Assembly (NCBI GenBank): GCA_024103385.1
Contig: JAGFIT010000074.1
Coordinates: 45,766 to 109,765, forward strand
Direction of reading: 5' to 3'
Length of the DNA: 64,000 bases
From: Vicingus serpentipes
GTDB lineage: Bacteria; Bacteroidota; Bacteroidia; Flavobacteriales_E; Vicingaceae
Shown here: in pieces, positions 1-10,610 of the stretch
Numbering within the stretch: position 1 is the first letter of the stretch
Layout of the letters: each line of letters begins with the position of its first letter
Made by a program: the position numbers and the translations under genes
The notes under the pieces: generated by a model
What the model saw: only the letters and a program-made list of their open reading frames with translations
Database searches by the model: none
What the model was told of the DNA's origin: nothing

Positions 1-1159
1 TTAACGAAGCGCTCCCTGAAGTTACCGTAAAAGAACTATTTGTGCTTGAACGAGCAGCTCCAGCAACTTTTAATTTAACAGGGGATGTTACATCAATATT
101 AGGTACATTAAAAACAAAATCATAATCTGTTTTTAAGTCAAATACATCGCTAAACCACATATCTCCAGATCGGATCAAATTAAAAACGTCTTTCTCATAA
201 AAAGCATAATCGTCAAAACTATTCACTGTGTTATTAGGCGAAGGTTCTGAACTTTGATTTTGTATCCTTTTAGCAGCCTCTCCAGTATTACTAAAAGTAA
301 TAAAATAGAACGTGGAATCACTATACTTATTTTTTTGGTGCTCAAAACGACTAGCACTACTATTATAGCTCCATACCTCTTGAGACTGCCCATAAAATAA
401 TACATAATCATTTTTATCAAACGAACCATCACTAGCTCCCTCAACATAAACTGCATTTTGTATAATATCATCAGGTCTATATGTCGAATTTAATTCAGGT
501 AACATTCCTGCACCATTTCCATACAACTGAAATGTATTAGGATCAACATTATCAATATCAACACCTATTTTTTTTAAGAAATCATAGGTTATTTTATATA
601 TACCATCATTCAAAACCGCTATTTTATACCAAACTCCGGTTTCTAATTTAGAGTTAGATGTAAAGGATTTTGAATTGGAGCCTCCTTTTTCTAGAAAAGA
701 AATCCCTTTTGTTATTACTTCTATTTTATAAGCTACAACCCGTTGATAAGCACCTGTTTGTTGGTTATAAATAATAGGTATAAATGAAACATTACCATAA
801 TTTACTTTCTGACTCGTTCCATTAAAAAATTGAAGGTTAATATCGTTTTCAATATAATTTTTACCTTTTACCCCTCCAATTTCTTTTAAATCAATGTTCT
901 CATATTGAAGATCAACTATATTTACCTGAATAATTTTTTCTTGACCTATTTTCAGTTGTTTAGAAACAAAAGGAAGTCCCTCTTTCTTATCGTTGTAATT
1001 TGCTCCTTCGAAATGAAAGTATTCCTCCTTAACCCCCTCTACATTATTAACTTCAAAATTACTATACCACTCGATTTTATCCTCAATTATTATTGTTTTT
1101 GATTGAGCTGAAATGGAAAGAGAAAGAAAGGGTATATATAAAAATGATAATACTCTCAT
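1..1159 (-). CDS. porU: T9SS sortase PorU-like protein, N-terminal ~386 aa only (3' end runs off the window start)
   Basis: Absent from the ORF track because its stop lies outside the window. Hand translation of the minus strand from ATG (1159..1157) stays open to position 1: MRVLSFLYIPFLSLSISAQSKTIIIEDKIEWYSNFEV..HFEGANYNDKKEGLPFVSKQL..GVWYKIAVLNDGIYKITYDFLKKIGVDIDNVDPNTFQLYGNGAGMLPE. It has a signal peptide plus the N-terminal pattern I associate with PorU / C25-type sortases, and sits next to gldJ. The peptidase domain itself is not in the window. Confidence 0.55.
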   Translation of the reverse strand, partial: MRVLSFLYIPFLSLSISAQSKTIIIEDKIEWYSNFEVNNVEGVKEEYFHFEGANYNDKKEGLPFVSKQLKIGQEKIIQVNIVDLQYENIDLKEIGGVKGKNYIENDINLQFFNGTSQKVNYGNVSFIPIIYNQQTGAYQRVVAYKIEVITKGISFLEKGGSNSKSFTSNSKLETGVWYKIAVLNDGIYKITYDFLKKIGVDIDNVDPNTFQLYGNGAGMLPELNSTYRPDDIIQNAVYVEGASDGSFDKNDYVLFYGQSQEVWSYNSSASRFEHQKNKYSDSTFYFITFSNTGEAAKRIQNQSSEPSPNNTVNSFDDYAFYEKDVFNLIRSGDMWFSDVFDLKTDYDFVFNVPNIDVTSPVKLKVAGAARSSTNSSFTVTSGSASL

Positions 1160-1336
1160 GATTTTTTTTACTAAATTATGATTATTTACTGTATATTTAC
1201 AATCAGTATTTACGCAAAAACGCAATATTTTTTTAGTTATTGTTTTCATAAGTATGTCAAATTATATACATTTGGAAACTTACTAATGAACTATTACGTA
1301 AAAGAATACTCATTTAAGAACGAAGGTAAGACGAAT

Positions 1337-2302
1337 ATGGTAAATAAGTTTTTATATAGAACTGGTGTTATTGCTGTACTTTCACTGATCTTAACGACAG
1401 AAGCATTTGGTCAAGATCCTGAGTTTACTCAATTTTATGCTAACCCTTTATACCTAAATCCTGCATTTGCAGGTACAGCACATTGCCCAAGAGTTTCCTT
1501 AAATTATAGAAATCAATGGCCAGGTATTGCTGGATCATTCATAACTACTAGTGCTTCTTACGATCAACACGTGGATGCATTTTCGGGTGGACTTGGTTTA
1601 TTAGTTTGGAATGATAGAGCTGGGGAAGGAACTCTAATCACCACGAATGTAAGTGGGATGTACTCTTATCAACTGCCTGTTACAAGAACTTTTTCTGTTA
1701 AAGCTGGAATACAAGCAACATGGGCACAAAAAAGTGTAGATTGGAGTAAATTGACTTTTGGTGATATGATTGATGCTAGAAGAGGTTTTATATACAATAC
1801 CAATGAAATTCAAAGAGATCAACCTGCTAGTTATGTTGATTTTTCTGCCGGTATTTTGGGTTTTAGTGAAAAGTACTTTTTTGGCTTTGCTGCTCATCAT
1901 TTGACAGAACCTAATGAATCGGTAATTGAAGGAACGAGTCCGTTACCAAAAAAATATACCTTTCATGCAGGTGCAATAATCGCCCTAGATGGCAAAGGAG
2001 ATGAAGCTTCTCTATCTCCTAATATTCTTGTTCAATTACAACAAGATTTTATGCAAATTAACTTTGGAATGTACTACACTAAAGGACCTATAGTAGGAGG
2101 ATTATGGTATCGAAATGCTGATTCATTTATTGCGCTCATAGGTTTTCAGGCAGGTATATTAAAGTTTGGTTATAGCTACGATATTACTGTCTCTAAACTT
2201 ACCAACAAAACAGCTGGATCTCACGAGATTTCTACAAGTTTATTATTTGATTGTAAACCTCGAAGAAGAAGATTTAGAACAATAAGTTGTCCTTCTTTTT
2301 AG
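1337..2302 (+). CDS. PorP/SprF family type IX secretion system membrane protein
   Basis: ORF 1178..2302. The likely true start is ATG 1337 (MVNKFLYRTGVIAVLSLILTTEAFGQ, a signal peptide). Family signature QDPEFTQFYANPLYLNPAFAG followed by SLNYRNQWPGI. Confidence 0.8.
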   Translation: MVNKFLYRTGVIAVLSLILTTEAFGQDPEFTQFYANPLYLNPAFAGTAHCPRVSLNYRNQWPGIAGSFITTSASYDQHVDAFSGGLGLLVWNDRAGEGTLITTNVSGMYSYQLPVTRTFSVKAGIQATWAQKSVDWSKLTFGDMIDARRGFIYNTNEIQRDQPASYVDFSAGILGFSEKYFFGFAAHHLTEPNESVIEGTSPLPKKYTFHAGAIIALDGKGDEASLSPNILVQLQQDFMQINFGMYYTKGPIVGGLWYRNADSFIALIGFQAGILKFGYSYDITVSKLTNKTAGSHEISTSLLFDCKPRRRRFRTISCPSF

Positions 2303-2340
2303 TTTATTATATTTAAAACTGAATTTTCAAACATAAAGTC

Positions 2341-3846
2341 ATGAAATTACAAAAAATAAAAATTTTATTAATAGTTGTACTTGTTTCAACACCGATCATT
2401 TTTACTACTTCATGTAAATATGACCAATCAGGTGCTACTGGATGGAATTATAACGATCCTAGAAATGGTGGTTTTCAAAAAATACCTTACTTTGAACAAG
2501 AAACTGGTCCTGGATTAGTTCTTATCGAAGGTGGTCGATTCACAATGGGTAGAGTAGAACAAGAAGTTAATTACGACTGGAATAATATTCCTCGTACAGT
2601 TACTGTTTCTTCATTTTATATGGACGAAGTAGAAGTAACTAATTTCTTCTATTTGGAATACCTTTATTGGTTAGAAAGAGTTTATAGTGCCGATTACCCA
2701 GAAGTTTACAAAAAAGCTGTTCCTGATACGTTAGTATGGAGAAGTAAATTAGCCTATAACGAACCTTATGTAGAGTTTTATTTGAGGCATCCTTCTTACA
2801 GAGATTATCCTGTTGTTGGTGTAAACTGGCTGCAAGCAAATGATTTTTGTGCGTGGAGAACAGATAGAGTAAACGAATTGATCTTAATTAGAGAAGGGTT
2901 ATTTGAACACTATCCTAACCAAATCAATGAAGACAACTTTAATACTGAAGCATATATCGTAGGGCAATATGAGAGCGGAAAAAGAGTTGATGGTATCCCT
3001 GATTTGAACCCAAATAAAGAATATAGAAATGTAACTATTGAGGATGGTATCTTGTTGCCAAAATACAGGCTACCAACTGAAGCAGAATGGGAGTTTGCCG
3101 CATATGGTTTAATTGGTAATACTATTGATGAGTTAATTCCAGATAAAAAATTATACCCATGGAATGGTCACGCTGTTCGAAATTCCAATGAAAATTATAT
3201 AGGTCAAATCTTAGCCAATTTTAAAAGAGGAAGAGGTGATAATATGGGGGTAGCCGGTGCTTTAAATGATAATGCTGATGTTACAGCTCCTGTTTATTCT
3301 TATTGGCCAAATGATTATGGATTATACAACATGGCAGGTAATGTTAGTGAATGGGTAATGGATGTATATAGACCTTTATCTTTAGAGGATAACGATGATT
3401 TTAGACCTTTTAGAGGAAATGTATACAAAACAAAGGCGCTTGATGAAGAAGGGCTTATTATGGAAAAAGACAGCCTAGGTCGTATTATCAAAAGAGATGT
3501 TGATCCTAAGTTAGATAACTTACAGGCAAGAAGGAATTATAAAACGGCTGACAACATTAACTATTTAGATGGTCACTGGGAATCTAATATTTATTACAGT
3601 GATGTTGATCCAGGAACTGTTGTCTCAGATATAGATAATGACCCACAAAAACAAATGTATCAGTTTGGAACCACATCACTCGTAAATGATAAAGCCCATG
3701 TTTATAAGGGTGCTTCATGGAAAGATAGGGCTTATTGGAATGTGCCTGGGACTAGACGTTATTTAACTGATGATCAATCTACTTCTTATCTTGGCTTTAG
3801 ATGTGCAATGACAAGATTAGGTAGTCCAGTTGGAATGGGATATTAA
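2341..3846 (+). CDS. gldJ: Gliding motility lipoprotein GldJ (FGE-sulfatase / SUMF1-like fold)
   Basis: Lipoprotein signal (..FTTSCKYD). N-terminus SGATGWNYNDPRNGGFQKIPYFEQETGPGLVLIEGGRFTMG, and a C-terminal LGFRCAM motif typical of FGE-like domains. The neighbours porU and murF match what I remember around Flavobacterium gldJ. Confidence 0.9.
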   Translation: MKLQKIKILLIVVLVSTPIIFTTSCKYDQSGATGWNYNDPRNGGFQKIPYFEQETGPGLVLIEGGRFTMGRVEQEVNYDWNNIPRTVTVSSFYMDEVEVTNFFYLEYLYWLERVYSADYPEVYKKAVPDTLVWRSKLAYNEPYVEFYLRHPSYRDYPVVGVNWLQANDFCAWRTDRVNELILIREGLFEHYPNQINEDNFNTEAYIVGQYESGKRVDGIPDLNPNKEYRNVTIEDGILLPKYRLPTEAEWEFAAYGLIGNTIDELIPDKKLYPWNGHAVRNSNENYIGQILANFKRGRGDNMGVAGALNDNADVTAPVYSYWPNDYGLYNMAGNVSEWVMDVYRPLSLEDNDDFRPFRGNVYKTKALDEEGLIMEKDSLGRIIKRDVDPKLDNLQARRNYKTADNINYLDGHWESNIYYSDVDPGTVVSDIDNDPQKQMYQFGTTSLVNDKAHVYKGASWKDRAYWNVPGTRRYLTDDQSTSYLGFRCAMTRLGSPVGMGY

Positions 3847-3868
3847 CCAATCATACTTAATAAATTTA

Positions 3869-3902
3869 AAACCTCATTAGTTTTCACTAATGAGGTTTTT
3901 TT
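3869..3902 (+). terminator. Rho-independent terminator after gldJ
   Basis: Perfect 12-bp stem aaacctcattag / ctaatgaggttt (3869..3880 and 3887..3898), a 6-nt loop, then a T-run. The track's murF ORF starts inside it, which argues for the later murF start. Confidence 0.7.
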
Positions 3903-3913
3903 ATGTTTACAAA

Positions 3914-5200
3914 ATGGAAATTCAAGACCTCTACAAAATTTACAAATCATATCCATTAGTATGTACTGACAGCAGAAAAGTGGTGAAAGATTGCCTGTTT
4001 TTTGCTTTAAAAGGAGAAAATTTTAATGGCAATCAATTCACAAAAGACGCCATTAAAAAAGGTGCAAAATATGTTATTATAGATGAAAAAGAATTTCTTG
4101 TTTCTAATCAGTGTATACTAGTAAAAGATGTATTAACAACACTTCAAGAATTAGCTAATTATCACCGAAAACAACTAAACATCCCTTTTATTGGTATTAC
4201 TGGAACAAACGGAAAAACCACTACAAAAGAGTTAATAAATGCTGTTTTAAGTAAAAAGTATAAAACAATAGCTACTCAAGGTAATTTCAACAACCACATT
4301 GGTGTTCCTTTAACAATACTACAAATTACTTTAGATTGTGAAATGGCAATAATTGAAATGGGAGCCAACCATATTGGTGAAATCAAATTTTTGTGCCAAA
4401 TAGCTGAGCCTAATCATGGAATAATTACCAACATAGGAACAGCACATATTGAAGGATTTGGCAGTAAAGAAGGCGTTATTAAAACAAAAAATGAACTCTA
4501 TCAATTTATTAAAGAAATCTCTGGAAAAGTATTTGTAAACAATACAGATGATCTTCTAATGAATTTAGCAAAAGATATCAACCATTATACTTATGGAAAC
4601 TCAAATGCTAACTGTAAAGCCACAATGGTTAAATCCTCTCCTTTTGTTCAGGTGAAATGGAATAATCAACTGATTACTTCCCAACTTTATGGTAAATATA
4701 ATTTCGATAACATCATAGCAGCAATCTGTATCGGTGATTTTTTTAATGTATCCGCTTCCGATATTACCGAAGCTATAGAAGAATATACCCCTACTAATAA
4801 TCGGTCTGAAATTGTAAAAATTAATTCTAACACCTTCTATTTAGATGCATATAATGCTAACCCTAGTAGTATGAAAGCTGCAATTGAAACATTTTCAGAA
4901 AATGATGCACAAAACAAATACATGATTTTAGGAGATATGCTAGAATTGGGGAATACCACTACTGAAGAACACCAGAAAATAGTTGATAGTATAAAGGAGT
5001 TAAATATCGATACACTTTTCGTTGGTAATGCATTTAATAACATCAAAAACAAGTACCATTTTTGTTTTGTTTCTAATTATGATGAAGCTATCAAACATCT
5101 CATTGATAAAAATACCACTAATACGCACATTTTAATTAAAGGATCTAGAGGTATTCAACTAGAAAAAATTACTGCATATTTTCAAACTAATCCACTTTAA
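3914..5200 (+). CDS. murF: UDP-N-acetylmuramoyl-tripeptide--D-alanyl-D-alanine ligase
   Basis: Mur ligase P-loop GITGTNGKTTTKE. DAYNANPSSM and ILIKGSRG motifs. The start is moved to ATG 3914 (MEIQDLYKIY), downstream of the gldJ terminator. Confidence 0.9.
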   Translation: MEIQDLYKIYKSYPLVCTDSRKVVKDCLFFALKGENFNGNQFTKDAIKKGAKYVIIDEKEFLVSNQCILVKDVLTTLQELANYHRKQLNIPFIGITGTNGKTTTKELINAVLSKKYKTIATQGNFNNHIGVPLTILQITLDCEMAIIEMGANHIGEIKFLCQIAEPNHGIITNIGTAHIEGFGSKEGVIKTKNELYQFIKEISGKVFVNNTDDLLMNLAKDINHYTYGNSNANCKATMVKSSPFVQVKWNNQLITSQLYGKYNFDNIIAAICIGDFFNVSASDITEAIEEYTPTNNRSEIVKINSNTFYLDAYNANPSSMKAAIETFSENDAQNKYMILGDMLELGNTTTEEHQKIVDSIKELNIDTLFVGNAFNNIKNKYHFCFVSNYDEAIKHLIDKNTTNTHILIKGSRGIQLEKITAYFQTNPL

Positions 5201-6902
5201 TATCTTTAATATTTAGTTGTATAGAAGTAATCCCATTCCAATGATTCTGATCGATACTATACACCATACTAAAAGGAACTCCTTCATCAAGTTCTTCTAA
5301 TTTATACCCCAAATCAAATCCTATCCCATTTAATTTAATCGCTGGATTATTTTCTTGAAAAACTTCCAATCTCAAATGTGTATTTTCTTTCCCTATTACT
5401 CTTGAATTAGCAGTAATAAAAACATTCTCTGAAATAAAAACGGGCTTCATATTTCCTGGTCCTGTTGGAGAAAATTGCTTTAATATACTATAAAAATTAT
5501 CTGTAATTTGAAACAAATCCAATTTCGCATCAATGGTAATTTGGGGAACTAATAATTCTTCTTTTATACGACTAGCCACCTCATCTTCAAATTTTTGAGT
5601 GAATGCTTCCACATTTTCTATAGCCATTGTTAACCCAGCAGCATATTTATGCCCTCCAAACTGTTCTAATAAATCTCCACAAGCTTCTATGGCATCATAA
5701 ACGTCAAAATCTTTTACTGAACGGGCAGATCCCGTAGCTTTTCCATTGGACTCTGTTAAAATAATTGTAGGCCGATAATGTGTTTCTATTATTCGAGATG
5801 CCACAATTCCAATTACTCCTTTATGCCAATTATCTTGAAAAAGTACAGTCGTCTTTTTATTTTGTAATTGTGGGTTTTTAGCAATTATACTTAACGCTTC
5901 CTCAGTAATATTTTTGTCTAAATTTTTTCTATCAATATTTAATTGATTGATGTTTTTCCCAAATTCGACTACCTTTTCTATATCATCTGCAACTAACATC
6001 TCAACAGCTTTTTTTCCCGTCTCAATTCGTCCAGCGGCATTTATTCTTGGTGCAATAGTAAAAACAACATCAGTAACTGTTAACTCTTTTTTTAATGCAG
6101 CTAGCTCTATCATTGTCTTAATTCCTAATCTAGGATTGTCATTAATTATTTTTAAACCATAAAAAACAAAAATTCTATTTTCACCAACGATAGGAACAAT
6201 ATCCGCACAAGTGCTTATTGCTAACAAATCTAGATAAGACCACAACAGTTGATTATCTTTACTGTTATCTTTAGTCCATGCTTGCATCAATTTAAACCCG
6301 ACTCCACATCCTGATAGTTCTTTAAACGGGTAACTGCAATCTTCTCTTTTAGGATCTAGCACTGCTACTGCATTTGGTATCTCATTTCCAGGTCGGTGAT
6401 GATCACAAATTATGAAATCCACTCCTTTGTGAGTTGCATATTCAATCTTCTCTATGGCTTTAATACCACAATCTAACGCTATAATTAATTTAAATTTATT
6501 TTCTGCCGCATAATCTATTCCTTGATAAGAAATACCATACCCCTCCGTATATCTATCTGGTATATAATACTCTAAATGATCATAAAAATGACTTAAATAA
6601 GAATAGACTAAAGCAACTGAAGTTGTTCCATCTACATCATAATCTCCATAGATTAATACCTTTTCTTTCTTATTAATAGCTTGGTTTATTCTAATCAGAG
6701 CCTTATCCATATCCTTCATTAAAAAAGGATCATGATTTTCTTCTAAGCTGGGTCTAAAAAAAGATTTTGCGCTTTCAAAAGTAGAAATACCTCTTTGAAG
6801 AAGAATATTGGTAAGTGTTTCATCTAAATTATTTAATTCAACAGAGAGTCGTTGTATATCTTCTTTATTGGATTGTTTTTTTAGTTCCCAGCGTTTTTGC
6901 AT
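5187..6902 (-). CDS. recJ: Single-stranded-DNA-specific exonuclease RecJ
   Basis: DHH family motifs: IYGDYDVDGTTS, LDCG, ICDHHRP and GGHKYAAG (DHHA1). Confidence 0.92.
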   Translation of the reverse strand: MQKRWELKKQSNKEDIQRLSVELNNLDETLTNILLQRGISTFESAKSFFRPSLEENHDPFLMKDMDKALIRINQAINKKEKVLIYGDYDVDGTTSVALVYSYLSHFYDHLEYYIPDRYTEGYGISYQGIDYAAENKFKLIIALDCGIKAIEKIEYATHKGVDFIICDHHRPGNEIPNAVAVLDPKREDCSYPFKELSGCGVGFKLMQAWTKDNSKDNQLLWSYLDLLAISTCADIVPIVGENRIFVFYGLKIINDNPRLGIKTMIELAALKKELTVTDVVFTIAPRINAAGRIETGKKAVEMLVADDIEKVVEFGKNINQLNIDRKNLDKNITEEALSIIAKNPQLQNKKTTVLFQDNWHKGVIGIVASRIIETHYRPTIILTESNGKATGSARSVKDFDVYDAIEACGDLLEQFGGHKYAAGLTMAIENVEAFTQKFEDEVASRIKEELLVPQITIDAKLDLFQITDNFYSILKQFSPTGPGNMKPVFISENVFITANSRVIGKENTHLRLEVFQENNPAIKLNGIGFDLGYKLEELDEGVPFSMVYSIDQNHWNGITSIQLNIKDIKVD

Positions 6903-6955
6903 GTTATTTTATCTTCAATTAAAAATGCATTTCTGAAAACACATTCCCTCTATGA

Positions 6956-8896
6956 CTAGGCTAAAGCTTTATTCTCTTTATTTATTAAAGATTTTGACGT
7001 TTTAACAATAGCCTCAGCATCGTAGCAACATTCTTTATATAATTCTGATTGGGTACCATGTTCAATAAATTCATCAGGAATTCCTAAACGGACAACCTCG
7101 GCATGATAATGATGGTCCGCCATAAACTCTATAATAGCACTTCCCATCCCTCCCATTAAACATCCATCCTCTAGCGTAATTACTTTAGTAAATTTTCCAA
7201 ACACTTCGTGCAATAGGATTTCATCAATGGGTTTTACAAATCTCATGTCGTAATGTGCAACAGACACACCGTCTCTTTCTAATTCTTTTATTGCCTTTAT
7301 TGCTTCGTTACCGATAGCTCCAATACTCAATATCGCAAGGTCAACTCCAATTTTAATTCTTCTTCCTGTTCCTATTTTCAGTTTTTTAAATGGTTTTTTC
7401 CAGTCAATCATAACCCCCTTCCCTCTTGGGTAACGAATAGAAAATGGTCCTTTCTGTTCTTCTGTTTGAGCGGTATACATTAAATTTCTTAATTCTTCCT
7501 CATTCATAGGTGCAGAGACAATCATATTGGGAATAGCTCTTAAGTACGCTAAATCATAAGCTCCATGATGAGTTGCCCCATCAGCACCAACTAACCCTCC
7601 TCTATCCAAACAAAATACAACTGGTAATTTTTGTAATGCAACATCATGGATGACTTGATCATAGGCTCTTTGCATAAAAGAGGAATAAATATTACAAAAT
7701 GGAATCAATCCTTGTGCTGCCATTCCTGCAGAGAATGTTACTGCATGTTGTTCAGCAATTCCAACATCAAACGATCTATCTGGCATCGCTTCCATCATAA
7801 TATTTAACGAACAACCTGAAGGCATTGCAGGTGTTACTCCTACTATTTTTTTATTTTTCTCAGCCAATTCAACAATCGTATGACCAAAAACATCTTGATA
7901 TTTAGGCGGTTCAGGACTCTTTGGAGTTATCTTAATAATTTCTCCTGTATCTTTATTAAACAACCCAGGAGCATGCCATTGTGTGGAATCACCATCTTCA
8001 GCTGGCTGATATCCTTTTCCTTTTTCTGTAATACAATGTAAAATTTTTGGTCCGGGGATATCTTTTAAATCTTCTAAAACCTTTGTTAAATAATTCACGT
8101 CATGCCCATCAACTGGACCAAAATATCTGAAATTTAGGGATTCAAAAAGATTACTTTGCTTAAGTATGGTAGATTTTATTCCGTTTTCAATTTTTTGAAC
8201 AATAGCCTGAGCATTGGGTCCAAATTTGCTCATTTTCCCTAATAAATGCCATACCTCATCTTTTACCTTATTGTAAGTGTGAGATGTTGTTATATCTGTT
8301 AAATATTCTTTTAATGCACCAACATTAGGATCTATAGCCATGCAGTTGTCATTCAAAATAACCAACAAATTGGTATTCTCAACCCCTCCATGATTCATTC
8401 CTTCAAAGGCTAAACCAGCAGTCATTGAACCATCTCCAATAATAGCAACATGCTGTCTCTTTTCTTTTTTTATGTTATCGGCAACAGCCATTCCTAATGC
8501 TGCTGAAATAGAAGTGGATGAATGACCCACAGCAAAGGTATCATACTCACTTTCTGATGGCTTAGGAAAACCACTAATTCCTTTATATAGTCTATTCGTA
8601 TGAAATTGTTCCCTCCTACCTGTAAGAATTTTGTGTCCATATGCTTGATGACCCACATCCCAAACCAACTTATCATCAGGAGTATTAAAAACATAATGTA
8701 AGGCAACTGTCAACTCTACCACTCCTAAGCTTGCACCAAAATGCCCTCCTTGCTGAGAAACTACATCAATAATAAAATCCCTCAATTCATTACATAATTG
8801 AGGTAAATCGTCTTCGAGAATTTTATCTCTTAAGTCTTGAGGAATATTTATTTGCTTTAAAAGCTCACCTGTTTTATAATCAGCCATGTAATACAA
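6956..8896 (-). CDS. dxs: 1-deoxy-D-xylulose-5-phosphate synthase
   Basis: [38 protein letters not shown], the thiamine-diphosphate (TPP) motif [17 protein letters not shown], and the transketolase C-terminal half. The start could be M1 (8896) or M4 (8887). Confidence 0.95.
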   Translation of the reverse strand: MYYMADYKTGELLKQINIPQDLRDKILEDDLPQLCNELRDFIIDVVSQQGGHFGASLGVVELTVALHYVFNTPDDKLVWDVGHQAYGHKILTGRREQFHTNRLYKGISGFPKPSESEYDTFAVGHSSTSISAALGMAVADNIKKEKRQHVAIIGDGSMTAGLAFEGMNHGGVENTNLLVILNDNCMAIDPNVGALKEYLTDITTSHTYNKVKDEVWHLLGKMSKFGPNAQAIVQKIENGIKSTILKQSNLFESLNFRYFGPVDGHDVNYLTKVLEDLKDIPGPKILHCITEKGKGYQPAEDGDSTQWHAPGLFNKDTGEIIKITPKSPEPPKYQDVFGHTIVELAEKNKKIVGVTPAMPSGCSLNIMMEAMPDRSFDVGIAEQHAVTFSAGMAAQGLIPFCNIYSSFMQRAYDQVIHDVALQKLPVVFCLDRGGLVGADGATHHGAYDLAYLRAIPNMIVSAPMNEEELRNLMYTAQTEEQKGPFSIRYPRGKGVMIDWKKPFKKLKIGTGRRIKIGVDLAILSIGAIGNEAIKAIKELERDGVSVAHYDMRFVKPIDEILLHEVFGKFTKVITLEDGCLMGGMGSAIIEFMADHHYHAEVVRLGIPDEFIEHGTQSELYKECCYDAEAIVKTSKSLINKENKALA

Positions 8897-9048
8897 TTCT
8901 TACCTTACAAAAGTAATTAATATTTAGTAATGAAGTTAACTACATATTTACTCCAATTAGTATATTTTTTTCGGTTGTAAATCAATAATTTAACAAACAA
9001 TAACATTTTTACGCTAATTTTGCACTTATTCTCTTTAAACTCTTTATC

Positions 9049-9393
9049 ATGAATATATCAAAACTACCTATGCTATTAACTATGTTTATAGTATTCACAT
9101 CGATTTGTAATGCACAAGATGCAAAAACCAAAAAAACAGTCGAACAAAAAAGCACAGAAATGACTGAAAAACTCACTGAGGAATTACAATTAACAGCATC
9201 TCAAAAAGCTTCTGTTAAGTCAATTAACGATTCTTACGTTAAAAATAAAAGAATCATAGATGATAAAATAGAATCATTAAAGAAAGCCAAAAATGAATTA
9301 AAGAAAGAGCGTAATGATAGAATTAATGAAATTCTCACAGAAGAACAAAGAAAGAAACACGAAGCTTTGAAAAAGAAAAAAAAGAAGAAATAA
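9049..9393 (+). CDS. Small secreted LTXXQ-motif (Spy/CpxP-like) lysine-rich protein
   Basis: Signal peptide MNISKLPMLLTMFIVFTSICNAQ. LTASQ and LTEEQ repeats, and a KKKKKK tail. Function is not established. Confidence 0.5.
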   Translation: MNISKLPMLLTMFIVFTSICNAQDAKTKKTVEQKSTEMTEKLTEELQLTASQKASVKSINDSYVKNKRIIDDKIESLKKAKNELKKERNDRINEILTEEQRKKHEALKKKKKKK

Positions 9394-9483
9394 CTAATCT
9401 CTACCCCTATCAGGTTAGAGGGAATAAAAAAGGTTAATTTTTTAGACCTTCTACTAGAAAATTAACTCCTCAAAAAAATAGTA

Positions 9484-10602
9484 TTATTTAAACAATTGAA
9501 CTGCTTTGTTTACTGTGTGGCGTTCACCATCATCCCCTATTGCTATTATAGTTAAATAATAGGTTCCTGGAATCAATTTATTCCCGCTCATGTCAGTACC
9601 ATCCCATTTCCCCTCTATGCTATTCCATTCATAAACAACCTTACCACCAGAATTCATCACCCTTGCATTAAATACTTTAATATTTTCTCCTGTAATTTTC
9701 AATTCATCATTACTTCCGTCATTATTTGGCGTGATAACATTAGGAATTTCATTCTTATTTAAAACAGATGTCACATTTTTCTCTACTTCAATAAAATTAA
9801 CAACCGTTTTTGAATTAGCATTTTTATCTATTACAGTTAATGAAACTTTATATAGTCCTGGAGCTGCAAATGTATGGTAAGGTGATTTTTCGTTTGACAA
9901 ATCAGACCCATCAGCAAAATCCCAAAAATATTGGACTCCATTTCCTTCTGCTTCAAATTGAACATCTAAAGGAGCCTTGCCCGAAAAAACACTAGCTATA
10001 ATAGTTGCGTTTACTTCATCCTGAGTTTCTTTTGGCGATGACTCTTTTTGACTTTTTGATGGTTTTTTAACAGATTGTTTTGGTTGCTCCTTCTCTGGAT
10101 TTGCTGTTTCATTTAAAGGCTTATCATTTACTCTATCAGCCTTAACTTCTTCATTTGAAACAATCACGTCCTCTTTATTTCCTATATCTTCTTGAACTGG
10201 TTCTGAACTTATTTGATTCTTTTGATGGATTGAAAAATCTTCTTCAACTTCAACATCTAACTCCTGCTTTTTTATTTCGGGGGAATTTTGTTCAAGACCA
10301 ACATCACTTTGCGTTGTCAACTGTTCTTTAACCTCTAATTTACCTTCATTATTAGTAACAACAAAATAAGCTGAAGTCATTACTGCTGATACTGCAATGA
10401 CACCACCCGCTATCTTTAGTATTAATGCTTTAGTAAAAGTAGTGCTTAAAGATGGATTCGATTTAGGCAACGTATTACTAGGACTAGCGGTATTATTAAT
10501 GGAATGTTGCACGTTATTCCATACTGCTGGATCAACGTGAGCTTCAAACCCATCAAAAGCTTGTTTGAAAATTTCGTCTATTTTATCTATTCCTTCTTTC
10601 AT
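9484..10602 (-). CDS. Membrane-anchored anti-sigma-like protein with PKD domain and T9SS type-B (gliding motility-associated) C-terminal domain
   Basis: Starts 8 nt downstream of the ECF sigma gene. It has a hydrophilic N-terminus of about 58 aa, then a hydrophobic segment (ALILKIAGGVIAVSAVMTSAYFVV), an E/K-rich linker and a PKD-like segment (APLDVQFEAEG..WDFADGS..HTFAAPGLYKVSLTV). The C-terminus is IPNVITPNNDGSNDELKI..WDGTDMSGNKLIPGTYYL, typical of the type-B CTD. Confidence 0.75.
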   Translation of the reverse strand: MKEGIDKIDEIFKQAFDGFEAHVDPAVWNNVQHSINNTASPSNTLPKSNPSLSTTFTKALILKIAGGVIAVSAVMTSAYFVVTNNEGKLEVKEQLTTQSDVGLEQNSPEIKKQELDVEVEEDFSIHQKNQISSEPVQEDIGNKEDVIVSNEEVKADRVNDKPLNETANPEKEQPKQSVKKPSKSQKESSPKETQDEVNATIIASVFSGKAPLDVQFEAEGNGVQYFWDFADGSDLSNEKSPYHTFAAPGLYKVSLTVIDKNANSKTVVNFIEVEKNVTSVLNKNEIPNVITPNNDGSNDELKITGENIKVFNARVMNSGGKVVYEWNSIEGKWDGTDMSGNKLIPGTYYLTIIAIGDDGERHTVNKAVQLFK

Positions 10603-10610
10603 GTTTATTC

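Noticed and set aside
1178-1336. N-terminal extensions given by the ORF track (1178 for PorP/SprF, 3890 for murF, 11286 for rsmI, 16763 for nrdJ, 31868 for the M1 peptidase, 48891 for the adaptor, 63872 for RHS).
   Set aside because: The extensions precede clear signal peptides or conserved N-termini, start at non-ATG codons, or run through a terminator hairpin. The RHS 'start' is an internal GTG of an ORF that is open to the window edge.
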